Shown piece by piece: positions 1 through 7,953 of a DNA stretch of 22,626 nt. The notes beneath the pieces are model-generated. The model saw only the letters and a list, made by a program, of their open reading frames with translations. It was not told the origin of the DNA and did no database searches. This stretch comes from Myxococcota bacterium (GTDB lineage Bacteria > Myxococcota_A > UBA796 > GCA-2862545), in NCBI GenBank assembly GCA_039208735.1, contig JBCCQY010000154.1, positions 1-22,626 on the forward strand, written 5' to 3'. A program made the position numbers and the translations under genes. Position 1 is the first letter of the stretch. Every line of letters begins with the position of its first letter.

Positions 1-960
1 CCGCACGTCGCGCGACATCCCGACGATCTTGTCCTGACCCGTCTCGCGGTTGGCGTTGACGAGACTGTCGTGCTGATGCCGGAGTTCCGCGGGAACGAGC
101 ATCTTGACATTTCGTCCAAGTACCTCTGACGCGGGGTAACCCCAGAGTTCTTCGGCCGCCGGGTTGAAGTAGATGACTTCGTTCTTGTCGTCGATCTGAA
201 CGACGGCGTCGATCGCTTGTTCGAGAACCGAGCGGATTTGATCCTGTTCTTGCCTTTGTTCAGTGATGTCGCGAACGAACGCAGTGTAGTGGTACTGATC
301 ATCGACGAGGACCTTCGACAACGACAGACTGACCCATGGTCGCTCGCCATCGCGCCGTTCGATCTGAACGTCCCGAGCCGTACCCACGATCTTGTTCTGG
401 CCGGTTTCGCGGTTGGCATTGACCAGACCATCGTGCTGGTGGCGCAGCTCGGAGGGCACCAACATCTTCACATTCTTGCCGATAACATCAGAGGCGGCGT
501 AGCCCCAAAGCTTTTCGGCGGCCGGATTGAAGTAGATGACCACATTGCTTTCATCGATCTGAACGACAGCGTCGATGGCCTGCTCGAGCACGGACCGAAT
601 CTGCTCTTGCTGTTGCCTCTGCTTGGTGATGTCGCGAACGAAGGCGGTGTAGTGGAAGTTGCCGTCGACCAGGACTTTCGACAGAGAAAGGTTGACCCAA
701 GGCCGTTTGCCGTCACTCCGCTCGATCTGGACGTCTCGAGAGGTGCCAACGATCTTGTTTTGGCCGGTTTGCCGATTGGCATTCACGAGTCCGTCGTGCT
801 GGAGCCGGAGCTCCGAGGGCACGAGCATCTTCACGTTCTGTCCGATGACCTGGGATGCAGGGTAGCCCCAGAGCTTTTCAGCGGCGGGGTTGAAAAACAC
901 GATGGTATTGTTTTCGTCGATCTGCACCACTGAATCAATGGTCTGCTCAAGTACGGACCG
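1..960 (-). repeat. Intragenic tandem repeat with a 363-bp (121-aa) period; two full copies plus a partial third
   Basis: RSVLEQ starts at 960, 597 and 234. Copies 1 and 2 differ at 22 of 121 aa by manual alignment (about 82% identical). Confidence 0.95.
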
Positions 961-1305
961 AAGCTGATCGTTGCCATTGCCAGCGCTTGGCTCTAGCGTG
1001 CAGATGACCGAGTTGTCCTCCAGTGGCGTTGCGGTAAACGTCATTTCGACAGCTTCACCGTCGTCGTTCACGAGTTTGACCACGTCGCTCACGGCTTCAC
1101 CGGATTCGAGTGCGTCATCGACAGGAAGTGGCTGGCGGCGGGTGAAGAAAACCCGCCACGGCACACGGCCGATGGCTCCCGATGCGGTCACGCCGGTGAA
1201 GTTGGCAATGGCCTGGTTCCAGACAGAGATGTTGCCCTTGTTGTCGACGACGAACCCGGGGGTGGGCATCGCGTCGAACCAAGGGTTGGATTGTTCGTTC
1301 GTCAT
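1..1305 (-). CDS. Multi-PAS sensor, probable cytoplasmic methyl-accepting chemotaxis protein with tandem DosP-like heme-PAS domains; 3'-truncated by the window edge
   Basis: Translated by hand because it is absent from the ORF track. ATG at 1305 with GAGG upstream; open for 435 codons to base 1. It begins MTNEQSNPWFDAMPTPGFVVDNKGNISVWNQA (PAS-like), then repeats of VLEQxIDxVVQIDxxNxxxxFNPAAExLWGY...NVKMLVPxELRxQHD...KIVGxxRDV. It lies directly downstream of cheW. The MCP signalling domain is not visible, so the chemoreceptor call rests on context. Confidence 0.8.
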   Translation of the reverse strand, partial: MTNEQSNPWFDAMPTPGFVVDNKGNISVWNQAIANFTGVTASGAIGRVPWRVFFTRRQPLPVDDALESGEAVSDVVKLVNDDGEAVEMTFTATPLEDNSVICTLEPSAGNGNDQLRSVLEQTIDSVVQIDENNTIVFFNPAAEKLWGYPASQVIGQNVKMLVPSELRLQHDGLVNANRQTGQNKIVGTSRDVQIERSDGKRPWVNLSLSKVLVDGNFHYTAFVRDITKQRQQQEQIRSVLEQAIDAVVQIDESNVVIYFNPAAEKLWGYAASDVIGKNVKMLVPSELRHQHDGLVNANRETGQNKIVGTARDVQIERRDGERPWVSLSLSKVLVDDQYHYTAFVRDITEQRQEQDQIRSVLEQAIDAVVQIDDKNEVIYFNPAAEELWGYPASEVLGRNVKMLVPAELRHQHDSLVNANRETGQDKIVGMSRDVR

Positions 1306-1343
1306 GAGATTCCTCGATTCACGAGATTCGACACAATGGTTCG

Positions 1344-1832
1344 TCAGCTATTGAGGGTCGCAAGATCTTCGGATCCGACCAATCGATCGGCGTCGAGCAG
1401 CAGTCGCACTCGGTCGTCGACCTTGCCGAGGCCCTGAATGAAGTGGTCGGTGGAACGGTTGGCCACCCGGGGTGGGGGCTCGATCTGGCCTGTCGGGATG
1501 TCGAGCACCTCTGAAACGGTGTCCACAACGAGCCCGACCCACCACTCCTGCACCATGACGACAATGATGCAGGTCCGTCCTCCGTAGGGCAGTTCCTCGA
1601 GCATAAAACGAGCCCGTACGTCCATGATGGGGATGACCTTGCCACGAAGGTTGATCACGCCCTTGATCCACGTCGGAACGTCGGGCAAAGGCGTGATGGG
1701 CAAGATCCCAATGATCTCTCGTACGTACTGGATGTCGAGGCCGTAGGTCTCGGAGCCCAGTACGAACGTCAGGTACTTGGACGTGGTGAGGGACTCGTCC
1801 TCGACCTCGTCGTCACTCAAGAGCTGGCTCAC
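1344..1832 (-). CDS. cheW: Chemotaxis coupling protein CheW
   Basis: KYLTFVLGSETYGLDIQYVREII...PDVPTWIKGVINLRGKVIPIMD...GLVVDTVSEV. GTG start with GGAGG RBS. Confidence 0.97.
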   Translation of the reverse strand: MSQLLSDDEVEDESLTTSKYLTFVLGSETYGLDIQYVREIIGILPITPLPDVPTWIKGVINLRGKVIPIMDVRARFMLEELPYGGRTCIIVVMVQEWWVGLVVDTVSEVLDIPTGQIEPPPRVANRSTDHFIQGLGKVDDRVRLLLDADRLVGSEDLATLNS

Positions 1833-1860
1833 GGCCCCTCCGGTTCAATCGAAATCGACA

Positions 1861-4260
1861 TCACGCCACGCCCTGTGCGACGGCGTGACTCCGCAAGGAA
1901 GCGACGTCGAGAATAAAACTGATGCGACCGTCGCCAAGCACCGTGCACCCCGACAGGCCACGAATGGCGCGGAGGTAGCCGGTGAGTCCCTTGATGACGG
2001 TCTGTCGCTGCCCGATGAGTTCGTCGACGAACAGGCAGATCGGCACGCCTGCATCCTCAACGACCATCACGATGCCTTTTCCAACATCGTTGAAGTCACT
2101 CTGAATCGCGTAAAAATGGTGCATGCGAACCAGCGGCAGCAACTGGTCGCGGATCTTCACGATCTCCTGGCCATTCGACAGAACCGTGACGTCCTCGGTT
2201 GGCACGACCATGGACTCTTTGATCTGAAGCAGCGGAATCGTGAAGCAGCTCCGACCCACCCGCACGAGCATGCCTTCGATGATGGCGAGGGTGAGGGGAA
2301 TTCGGAGCGCGGTACGCGTGCCCTTGCCGAGTTCGCTGTCGATCTCGATGCGTCCATTGACGCTTTCGATGTTTCGCCGGACGACGTCCATCCCCATGCC
2401 GCGACCCGAGACTTCCGACACGGTTTGAGCCGTCGAAAAGCCAGGACTGAAGATGAAGTTGTTGATTTCGCGATCCGTGAGTTCTGCGATCGGAGTGCTG
2501 GTCAGCCCCCGTTCCTTGGCTCGTTCGTAGACGCGTTCCCGGTCGATGCCTCGCCCGTCGTCAATGATTTCAATCCAGACTTCGCCGCCCTGGTGGCGCG
2601 CGGTGAGGTGCACCACGCCTTCTGGGTCCTTGCCGGCGGCGGTGCGCTCATCGGGAGGCTCGAGTCCATGGTCTAGCGAGTTCCGAACCAGGTGAACGAG
2701 CGGGTCCGCGATGACTTCGGCCACCGACTTGTCGACCTCGGTCTCCTCTCCCGTGATGTCGAGGCGAATTTGCTTACCCAGTCGCTTCGAAAGGTCGCGC
2801 ACCAAGCGCTTCATCTTGATGAAGGTGTTGCGCACGGGAACCATGCGAAGCGACATGGCGACATCTTGCATGTCTCGCGTGATGCGGGACAGTTGCGCCG
2901 CAGACTTGTCGAAGTGGTCGCTGCCGAGGCCTTGGACGTCCGGATGATGGGTCACCGAAGTGACCCCAATGATCAGTTCGCCGACCAGGTCCATGAGTCG
3001 GTCCACTTTGCTGACGTCGACCCGAAGCGTTTCGTGCTTGGCCTTTCGTGGGGGCAACGGGCTGGTTGGCTTTTTCCCCTCGCGCTTCTCTTGTTGTACG
3101 CGCAGAGCCGCTTCGAGTTCCTCGGGCTCAATCTCTTCCATCTCGACCAGGACCTCTCCAAGTTGGGGCCGACGTTTCTGCCGAGCCACCGCCTGAGCGA
3201 GCGTGCTTGCGTTGACGTACTCCGCCTGCAGCAGGATCTCGCCCAGACGTGTGGCTTCGATTTCAAGGCCTCCACCCAGCACTCTGGAGGCCACAGCGTC
3301 GATGTCGGCGACCCGGCCTTCGCCGCCCGACATCATGCTCAACACCCCATCGCGCATCGCTGCGAGGCCCGACCGGACGCGGTTGCTGATTTCCCGGATG
3401 GCTCCAGGATTGGCTTCCCACGTCCCGTTCAGGGCGCGAAGCTCGGCCACCACCGACTCTGACATCTGTGCGACCAGCTGAAGGTCGGCAAGTCCCAGGT
3501 ACCCACATGCGACCTGCAGGTTGTGCAACGCCTGCCATGCTGCATGTCCGACGGCCTCGTCTTCTTCGCCGTGTTCGATGCGATCGAGGGCGGCGGCACA
3601 TTCATCGAGAAGAATCGTGGCTTCGCCCGCAAACATCTCGAAGGTCTGCGCTGGCTCCCCAGCCAGAAGCTCATCCTCTTCGTGTTGCTCGAGAATCTCG
3701 GCCGGAAGCGGCTCGCTCGCGCTCTCAAATGGCGCAGCATCGCGCAACTCTGGAGGGTCATCGATGACTTCCCCGGTTCCGTCGTCTTCGACGGCAACGA
3801 TGTCATCGCCCATGAAGAGCAAGATGGCGGGCTCTTCTCGTTCCTCTTCGAGTTCCGGTACGAAGGACGCGAACTTCTGGATGATCTGGTCTGCGGCCTC
3901 CTCGTCGCCTGTGTCCGTGCCCGACTCGGCAATCGCATCGAGCCGTCCCCGCACGAAGTCGAGGCCTTGGCAGAACAGATCGACGAGCGAGCCGTCCAGC
4001 GCCAGGTCTCCGTCTCGCACTTTCTGGAGTGCGGTCTCGGCGGAGTGAGTGACCCGCTCGATCTCGTTGAATTCGAGGAGTCCCGCGGACCCCTTGACCG
4101 AGTGGTAGACGCCGAAAATCCCGTTGATGACACCGGTGGCCTCATCCGAACCGATCAGGTTTTCCAGCTCCAACAATGTGGGCTCGATTTCCTGAAGGGC
4201 TTCTCGGGCCTCATCAAGGAACGTCTCGACGACCTTCTGGGTTTCGGCGTCGATTGCCAT
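1861..4260 (-). CDS. cheA: Chemotaxis histidine kinase CheA: Hpt, second Hpt-like domain, MshEN-like motif, dimerisation, HATPase and CheW-like domains
   Basis: Hpt YHSVKGSAG; LRVDVSKVDRLMDLVGELII; DPLVHLVRNSLDHGLE; DDGRGID; FSPGFSTA..VSEVSGRGMGMDVV; IPLTLAII. Confidence 0.97.
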   Translation of the reverse strand: MAIDAETQKVVETFLDEAREALQEIEPTLLELENLIGSDEATGVINGIFGVYHSVKGSAGLLEFNEIERVTHSAETALQKVRDGDLALDGSLVDLFCQGLDFVRGRLDAIAESGTDTGDEEAADQIIQKFASFVPELEEEREEPAILLFMGDDIVAVEDDGTGEVIDDPPELRDAAPFESASEPLPAEILEQHEEDELLAGEPAQTFEMFAGEATILLDECAAALDRIEHGEEDEAVGHAAWQALHNLQVACGYLGLADLQLVAQMSESVVAELRALNGTWEANPGAIREISNRVRSGLAAMRDGVLSMMSGGEGRVADIDAVASRVLGGGLEIEATRLGEILLQAEYVNASTLAQAVARQKRRPQLGEVLVEMEEIEPEELEAALRVQQEKREGKKPTSPLPPRKAKHETLRVDVSKVDRLMDLVGELIIGVTSVTHHPDVQGLGSDHFDKSAAQLSRITRDMQDVAMSLRMVPVRNTFIKMKRLVRDLSKRLGKQIRLDITGEETEVDKSVAEVIADPLVHLVRNSLDHGLEPPDERTAAGKDPEGVVHLTARHQGGEVWIEIIDDGRGIDRERVYERAKERGLTSTPIAELTDREINNFIFSPGFSTAQTVSEVSGRGMGMDVVRRNIESVNGRIEIDSELGKGTRTALRIPLTLAIIEGMLVRVGRSCFTIPLLQIKESMVVPTEDVTVLSNGQEIVKIRDQLLPLVRMHHFYAIQSDFNDVGKGIVMVVEDAGVPICLFVDELIGQRQTVIKGLTGYLRAIRGLSGCTVLGDGRISFILDVASLRSHAVAQGVA

Positions 4261-4369
4261 CGGAGCTCCGTGGCGCCCGCCGGACCACCCCCACTACGGC
4301 CGACATTGACCGTGGGGATCCGACTTCCTGCGTCACGAGCCCATTCGATCGCCCCATCCAGGGGCTTGA

Positions 4370-4395
4370 GGCCGCTCACAGCAATGCGAGCGGCC
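4370..4395 (-). terminator. GC-rich hairpin after the DUF4399 gene; possible terminator or RNA-stabilising stem
   Basis: Minus strand GGCCGCTCGCA-TTGC-TGTGAGCGGCC, an 11-bp stem with one G-U pair. There is no U-tract. Confidence 0.35.
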
Positions 4396-4406
4396 GCCAC
4401 ACTGCG

Positions 4407-4874
4407 CTACTCTTCGACCGTGATGGTGATGGTGGCGGCCATTACTTCGCCGTAGGACGTATGAGCACCGTCTGCGAACTGCATTGTGAGCTTGTGCTCG
4501 CCTGCCGGCAGCTCGATTTCGGCCTCGGTCTGGCCCAACCCAAAATGAATGTGGGTTTCATCGGCGGGAACGACGGTCCCCTCCGCGACTCCCGCAGAGT
4601 CAATGATGACATGGTGGTGACCGGTGCCCTCGATGAGTTCTCCGGCCGGCTTGACCTCCATGCCTTCCACGCCGAATTCGAGCTTCACGGGTGACTTGAC
4701 CGTAGCTCCGTCCGCCGGGCTCTTGAAGAACACCTTGCGAGCGGCTTCGGCCGGCGCTTCGACGGGCTTCTCCGCCGCGGGCTCCGCTTTGGCAGCGGGC
4801 TCGGGAGCGGGGGCTTCCGGCGCGGGGGTGCTGCTGTCACAGGCGAGCAGCGCGAACACGAAGAGATTGGTCAA
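4407..4874 (-). CDS. DUF4399-family lipoprotein
   Basis: TTG start with GGAGGAG RBS; lipobox LLAC; Pro/Ala/Glu linker; then VFFKSPADGATVKSPV..FGVEGM..PAG..GTGHHHVIID..HIHFGLGQTE..LPAGEHKLTMQFADGAH, typical of DUF4399. Confidence 0.85.
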   Translation of the reverse strand: MTNLFVFALLACDSSTPAPEAPAPEPAAKAEPAAEKPVEAPAEAARKVFFKSPADGATVKSPVKLEFGVEGMEVKPAGELIEGTGHHHVIIDSAGVAEGTVVPADETHIHFGLGQTEAEIELPAGEHKLTMQFADGAHTSYGEVMAATITITVEE

Positions 4875-5028
4875 TTGGCTCCTCCGGGCCCGAACCTAGC
4901 ACTTTTCTTCGTCCGCGAGCGAAGCGGGTCTCAAGTCGCCTGGTCTTGGGGTCCTCAAGGCCCTTTCGGGCAGGCGGACAGTTTGTGATCCCCGTGGCAT
5001 GTAGGTTGGATTGCGATGGGAGACCCAC

Positions 5029-5661
5029 GTGCGCGTAATGGGAATCGACGAAGCAGGGCGCGGCTGCGTACTGGGCGATCTGGTGATCGCCGCCTTCGTG
5101 TGCGACGATCCTGACGACCACGACCTGCGGGATGCCGGAGCCACCGATTCCAAGGCGCTCTCGCCCGCTCGTCGAGTGGCCGCTCGTACCGCCCTGGTCG
5201 AATTGGGGCAGGCCCATGTGGTTCACGTCACGCCTCGCCAGATCGATGCCGAAAACCTCAACCGCCTCGAAGAGGCTGCCATCATCGAACTCATCAAGTC
5301 CACCCGGCCCGACGTGGTCTACCTCGACGCGCTGGGGCATCCTCGCACGCTGCCTGCGCTCGAGAAGCGGTTGCACGACCAACTTCCGGCCGACCTGAAG
5401 CACATCGATTGGACGATCGAACCCAAGGCCGATGCGAACTACCCCGTGGTTGGCGCCGCCTCGATCTTCGCGAAGACGGCCCGGGACGAGGCACTTCAGG
5501 CCTTGGTCGATGCGTTTGGCCCGCTGGGTTCCGGCTATCCTGGCGATCCGCGAACCAAAGAATGGCTGGTTGAGTGGTCGCGTACGGGTGCGCCATGGCC
5601 AGCCTTCGTTCGAACCCGTTGGGCCACCATCACGGAACTTGCCCAGCCCGTCCTTTGGTAA
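5029..5661 (+). CDS. rnhB: Ribonuclease HII, archaeal/eukaryotic-like subtype
   Basis: GIDEAGRG, DSKAL, YLDA, KADANYPVVGAASIFAK..RD, GSGYPGDPRT. Start moved to GTG 5029 because GGGAGA lies at 5018-5023. Confidence 0.95.
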   Translation: MRVMGIDEAGRGCVLGDLVIAAFVCDDPDDHDLRDAGATDSKALSPARRVAARTALVELGQAHVVHVTPRQIDAENLNRLEEAAIIELIKSTRPDVVYLDALGHPRTLPALEKRLHDQLPADLKHIDWTIEPKADANYPVVGAASIFAKTARDEALQALVDAFGPLGSGYPGDPRTKEWLVEWSRTGAPWPAFVRTRWATITELAQPVLW

Positions 5662-5775
5662 ACGAACCCCCTTCCGGAGACCCGATCGAGCCAATCTGAT
5701 GATTCCACGAGTGCTGATTCCGTAGCTTGACCCTTGCGATTCGGGTCTGGCGCGGAGATGTCTGCCTGTTCCTTG

Positions 5776-5818
5776 TCGACAGCTTACTGAACACGGGTAT
5801 ACTGCTCGGGCGTTCAGA
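5776..5818 (+). promoter_or_regulatory. Candidate sigma70 promoter of dinB overlapped by candidate LexA operator(s)
   Basis: -35 TCGACA (5776-5781), 16-bp spacer, -10 TATACT (5798-5803). CTGAAC (5787-5792) and GTTCAG (5812-5817) form an inverted repeat resembling the Myxococcus xanthus LexA box. Confidence 0.55.
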
Positions 5819-5831
5819 AGTCGGAGGGCCA

Positions 5832-7112
5832 ATGGCGGAAGCACGTCTGGTCTGCCTGGATCTCGACACGTTCTTCGTGTCGGTGGAGCGTCGATTTCGG
5901 CCCGAGTTGCACGGCATGCCCGTGATCGTAGGGGGAGGACCCGGTAAGCGTGGCGTGGTGACGTCGTGTAGCTACGAGGTCCGGCCTCAAGGGGTGCGGA
6001 GCGGGATGCCCATCGCCAAGGCGATCAAGCTCGCGCCCGATGCGGTTGTCGTCCCCACCCGGCACGGGGTCTACGGACCGATCGCAAAGCAGGTGCGCGA
6101 GATTCTTGAGCGATTCACGCCTGCGGTGCAGACCGCCAGTATCGACGAGTTCTTCTTGGACTTTCGGGGGTGTGAGCGGCTGTGGCACCGGCCGGGTGAC
6201 ATCGATGCGGATTCCACCATCCTGCGGGTGGTGCGCGAGATGCGTCAGACGATTCAACGCGAGCTTTCGTTGCCGGCGAGTGCGGGCATTGGCAGTTCAA
6301 AACCGGTCGCCAAGATTGCGAGTGGCCGCGCGAAACCCGCGGGCGTACGGATGGTTCGCGTCGGCGAAGAACTCGCGTTTTTGTCACCCCTTCCGGTTCG
6401 CGCCTACCCGGGAATCGGGCCCGTGGCGGCAGAGCGCTTGCAAACGCACGGCATCGATCGCCTGGGTCAATTGCTCGCCCTGCCGGAGGGGCCACTGCGC
6501 GCCCGATTTGGGAAGCTTGCGGCGAGTATCGGCCGACAGGCGTTGCCCATCCAGAGCCCCGAACGGTCCGCGGCTCGGCAGTTGTCGAGGGATCGCCCCA
6601 AGTTTCGAGAGCACGACGATCCGAGTCAGGGCACGGTGGGGAGCATTTCGAACGAACGCACCTTTGCCTCAGACCTTCATGACCGCCGTGCGGTCCTCGA
6701 CCGCTTGCGAAAGCTCGTCGAGCGGGTGTGTTGGCGCGCACGGCAGCGCGGGGTCGAGGCGCGGACCGTCACGCTCAAGGTGCGTACCAGCGACTTCAAG
6801 ACGCTCCAACGCGCGATTTCAGGTGCTCCCACGACGGACGAGCGGTACGTCTTTCGCCGCATTCATCAACTGCTCATCCGCGCCTGGGATGGTCGTCGTG
6901 GGGTGCGGTTGGTGGGGGTTGCCCTGTCGAACTTCGTTGACCACAAAGCCCAGCTTGAACTTCCCCTGTCTGAGGAAGATTCGCCGCCTCGGGTCAACGA
7001 TGCGGTCGATGCGGTGCGCGAGCGGTTCGGGTACGAGTCGATTGGTCGGGGGGCCCGCATGCCCGACCGCACGCGACGCCAGGCCAAGCGACTAGGGGCG
7101 CAAAAGCATTAG
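5832..7112 (+). CDS. dinB: Y-family DNA polymerase IV
   Basis: CLDLDTFFVSVE, RGVVTSCSYEVR..GVRSGMP, ASIDEFFLD, AKIASGRAKPAG, PGIGP, SISNERTF, VRLVGV and C-terminal clamp motif QLELPL. ATG 5832 with GGAGG RBS. Confidence 0.96.
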   Translation: MAEARLVCLDLDTFFVSVERRFRPELHGMPVIVGGGPGKRGVVTSCSYEVRPQGVRSGMPIAKAIKLAPDAVVVPTRHGVYGPIAKQVREILERFTPAVQTASIDEFFLDFRGCERLWHRPGDIDADSTILRVVREMRQTIQRELSLPASAGIGSSKPVAKIASGRAKPAGVRMVRVGEELAFLSPLPVRAYPGIGPVAAERLQTHGIDRLGQLLALPEGPLRARFGKLAASIGRQALPIQSPERSAARQLSRDRPKFREHDDPSQGTVGSISNERTFASDLHDRRAVLDRLRKLVERVCWRARQRGVEARTVTLKVRTSDFKTLQRAISGAPTTDERYVFRRIHQLLIRAWDGRRGVRLVGVALSNFVDHKAQLELPLSEEDSPPRVNDAVDAVRERFGYESIGRGARMPDRTRRQAKRLGAQKH

Positions 7113-7888
7113 CGGTCGATGCGTCGCATTTCCGTCATGCCAGCCACGCCCTCGTTGGCGAGGGCATCGGCCCGTTCATTCCCTTCGGTTCCCACGTGTC
7201 CGGCCACCCAATGAAGTGTGAGCCCCGATCGGTCGGCCAGCCGCTGACGCAGTTCCGTGATGAGGGTGCGGTTGGCCTTGGCCTTCCACCCCCGTACAAG
7301 AACGCCGTTGGCGTAGTCGGAGTCCGAGAGCAACGCGACGGTGGCTTCCGGGGGGACGCGCTCGGCGTCAAGGATGTCCAGAGCAAGCGCCACCGCCGTG
7401 AGTTCTGCCACGTTGTTGGTGGCCTCGCCAAGCGATCGAGAGGCTTGGACGACCGAGCCGTCCGGCCAGCGCGCAAAGGCGCCCGACCCGGCAGGGCCCG
7501 GGTTTCCTCGGCACGCGCCATCCGTGAAGATCACGATGGTGTCGGATTCGAGCGACGCAAGAAGCGTCTCGGCGTGCTCCCGAGCCGCTGCGGCCTGTTG
7601 CTTCGAACGTGTTCCGGCCTTTCCAAAACCTTGGCCGCGGCCCTTCGTCTTCTTGCGCGCGGGCGCTGCGTCCGCCGACACGCCGTCGTCGAGGGATTCG
7701 ACTGCAGCTCCCTCCTGGAGGGACAAGCGTTCAGGGCGCGTGGCGTACACGCGCGCCCCCGGAGTCTTGCGATACCGGATCGCGACCTTACCGCCTTCGA
7801 CCAGAGGCGAGCCATCATCATTGACCCGTGCGTAGACGGTCTGGTCTTTGAACCCTGCCTTGCGCCACTTCGCCATGAAGTGGGTCAT
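7109..7888 (-). CDS. rnhA: Ribonuclease HI with an N-terminal extension of about 110 aa
   Basis: IFTDGACRGNPGPAGSG, TNNVAEL, LSDSDY, HWVAGHVG..GNERADALA; catalytic D/E/D/H/D all present. The start could also be ATG 7876. Confidence 0.93.
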   Translation of the reverse strand: MTHFMAKWRKAGFKDQTVYARVNDDGSPLVEGGKVAIRYRKTPGARVYATRPERLSLQEGAAVESLDDGVSADAAPARKKTKGRGQGFGKAGTRSKQQAAAAREHAETLLASLESDTIVIFTDGACRGNPGPAGSGAFARWPDGSVVQASRSLGEATNNVAELTAVALALDILDAERVPPEATVALLSDSDYANGVLVRGWKAKANRTLITELRQRLADRSGLTLHWVAGHVGTEGNERADALANEGVAGMTEMRRIDR

Positions 7889-7953
7889 AGCCAGTGAGAA
7901 GGAATGTGGCCGAACAATGCACGCGAGGAGATCCCTTGTGGTTGAATGCCGCC

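Noticed and set aside
235..270. Possible frameshift between PAS repeats 2 and 3
   Set aside because: Careful re-reading gives DITEQRQEQDQIRSVLEQ in frame; the gene is intact.
217..933. 238-aa plus-strand ORF with internal repeats
   Set aside because: It is the antisense shadow of the minus-strand PAS-repeat gene.
4261..4406. Sigma28 promoter upstream of cheA (TCAAG...GGCGATCG on the minus strand)
   Set aside because: The spacing is about 3 nt too short and the -10 match is poor.
5832..5890. DinB as a ribonucleotide-incorporating polymerase like mycobacterial DinB2, which would explain the flanking RNases H
   Set aside because: The aromatic steric gate is present (DLDTFF, equivalent to E. 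coli DMDCFF).
7109..7888. RNase H as part of a retron or retroelement, with the 8.6-kb hairpins as msr/msd
   Set aside because: No reverse transcriptase, integrase or transposase is present in the window.
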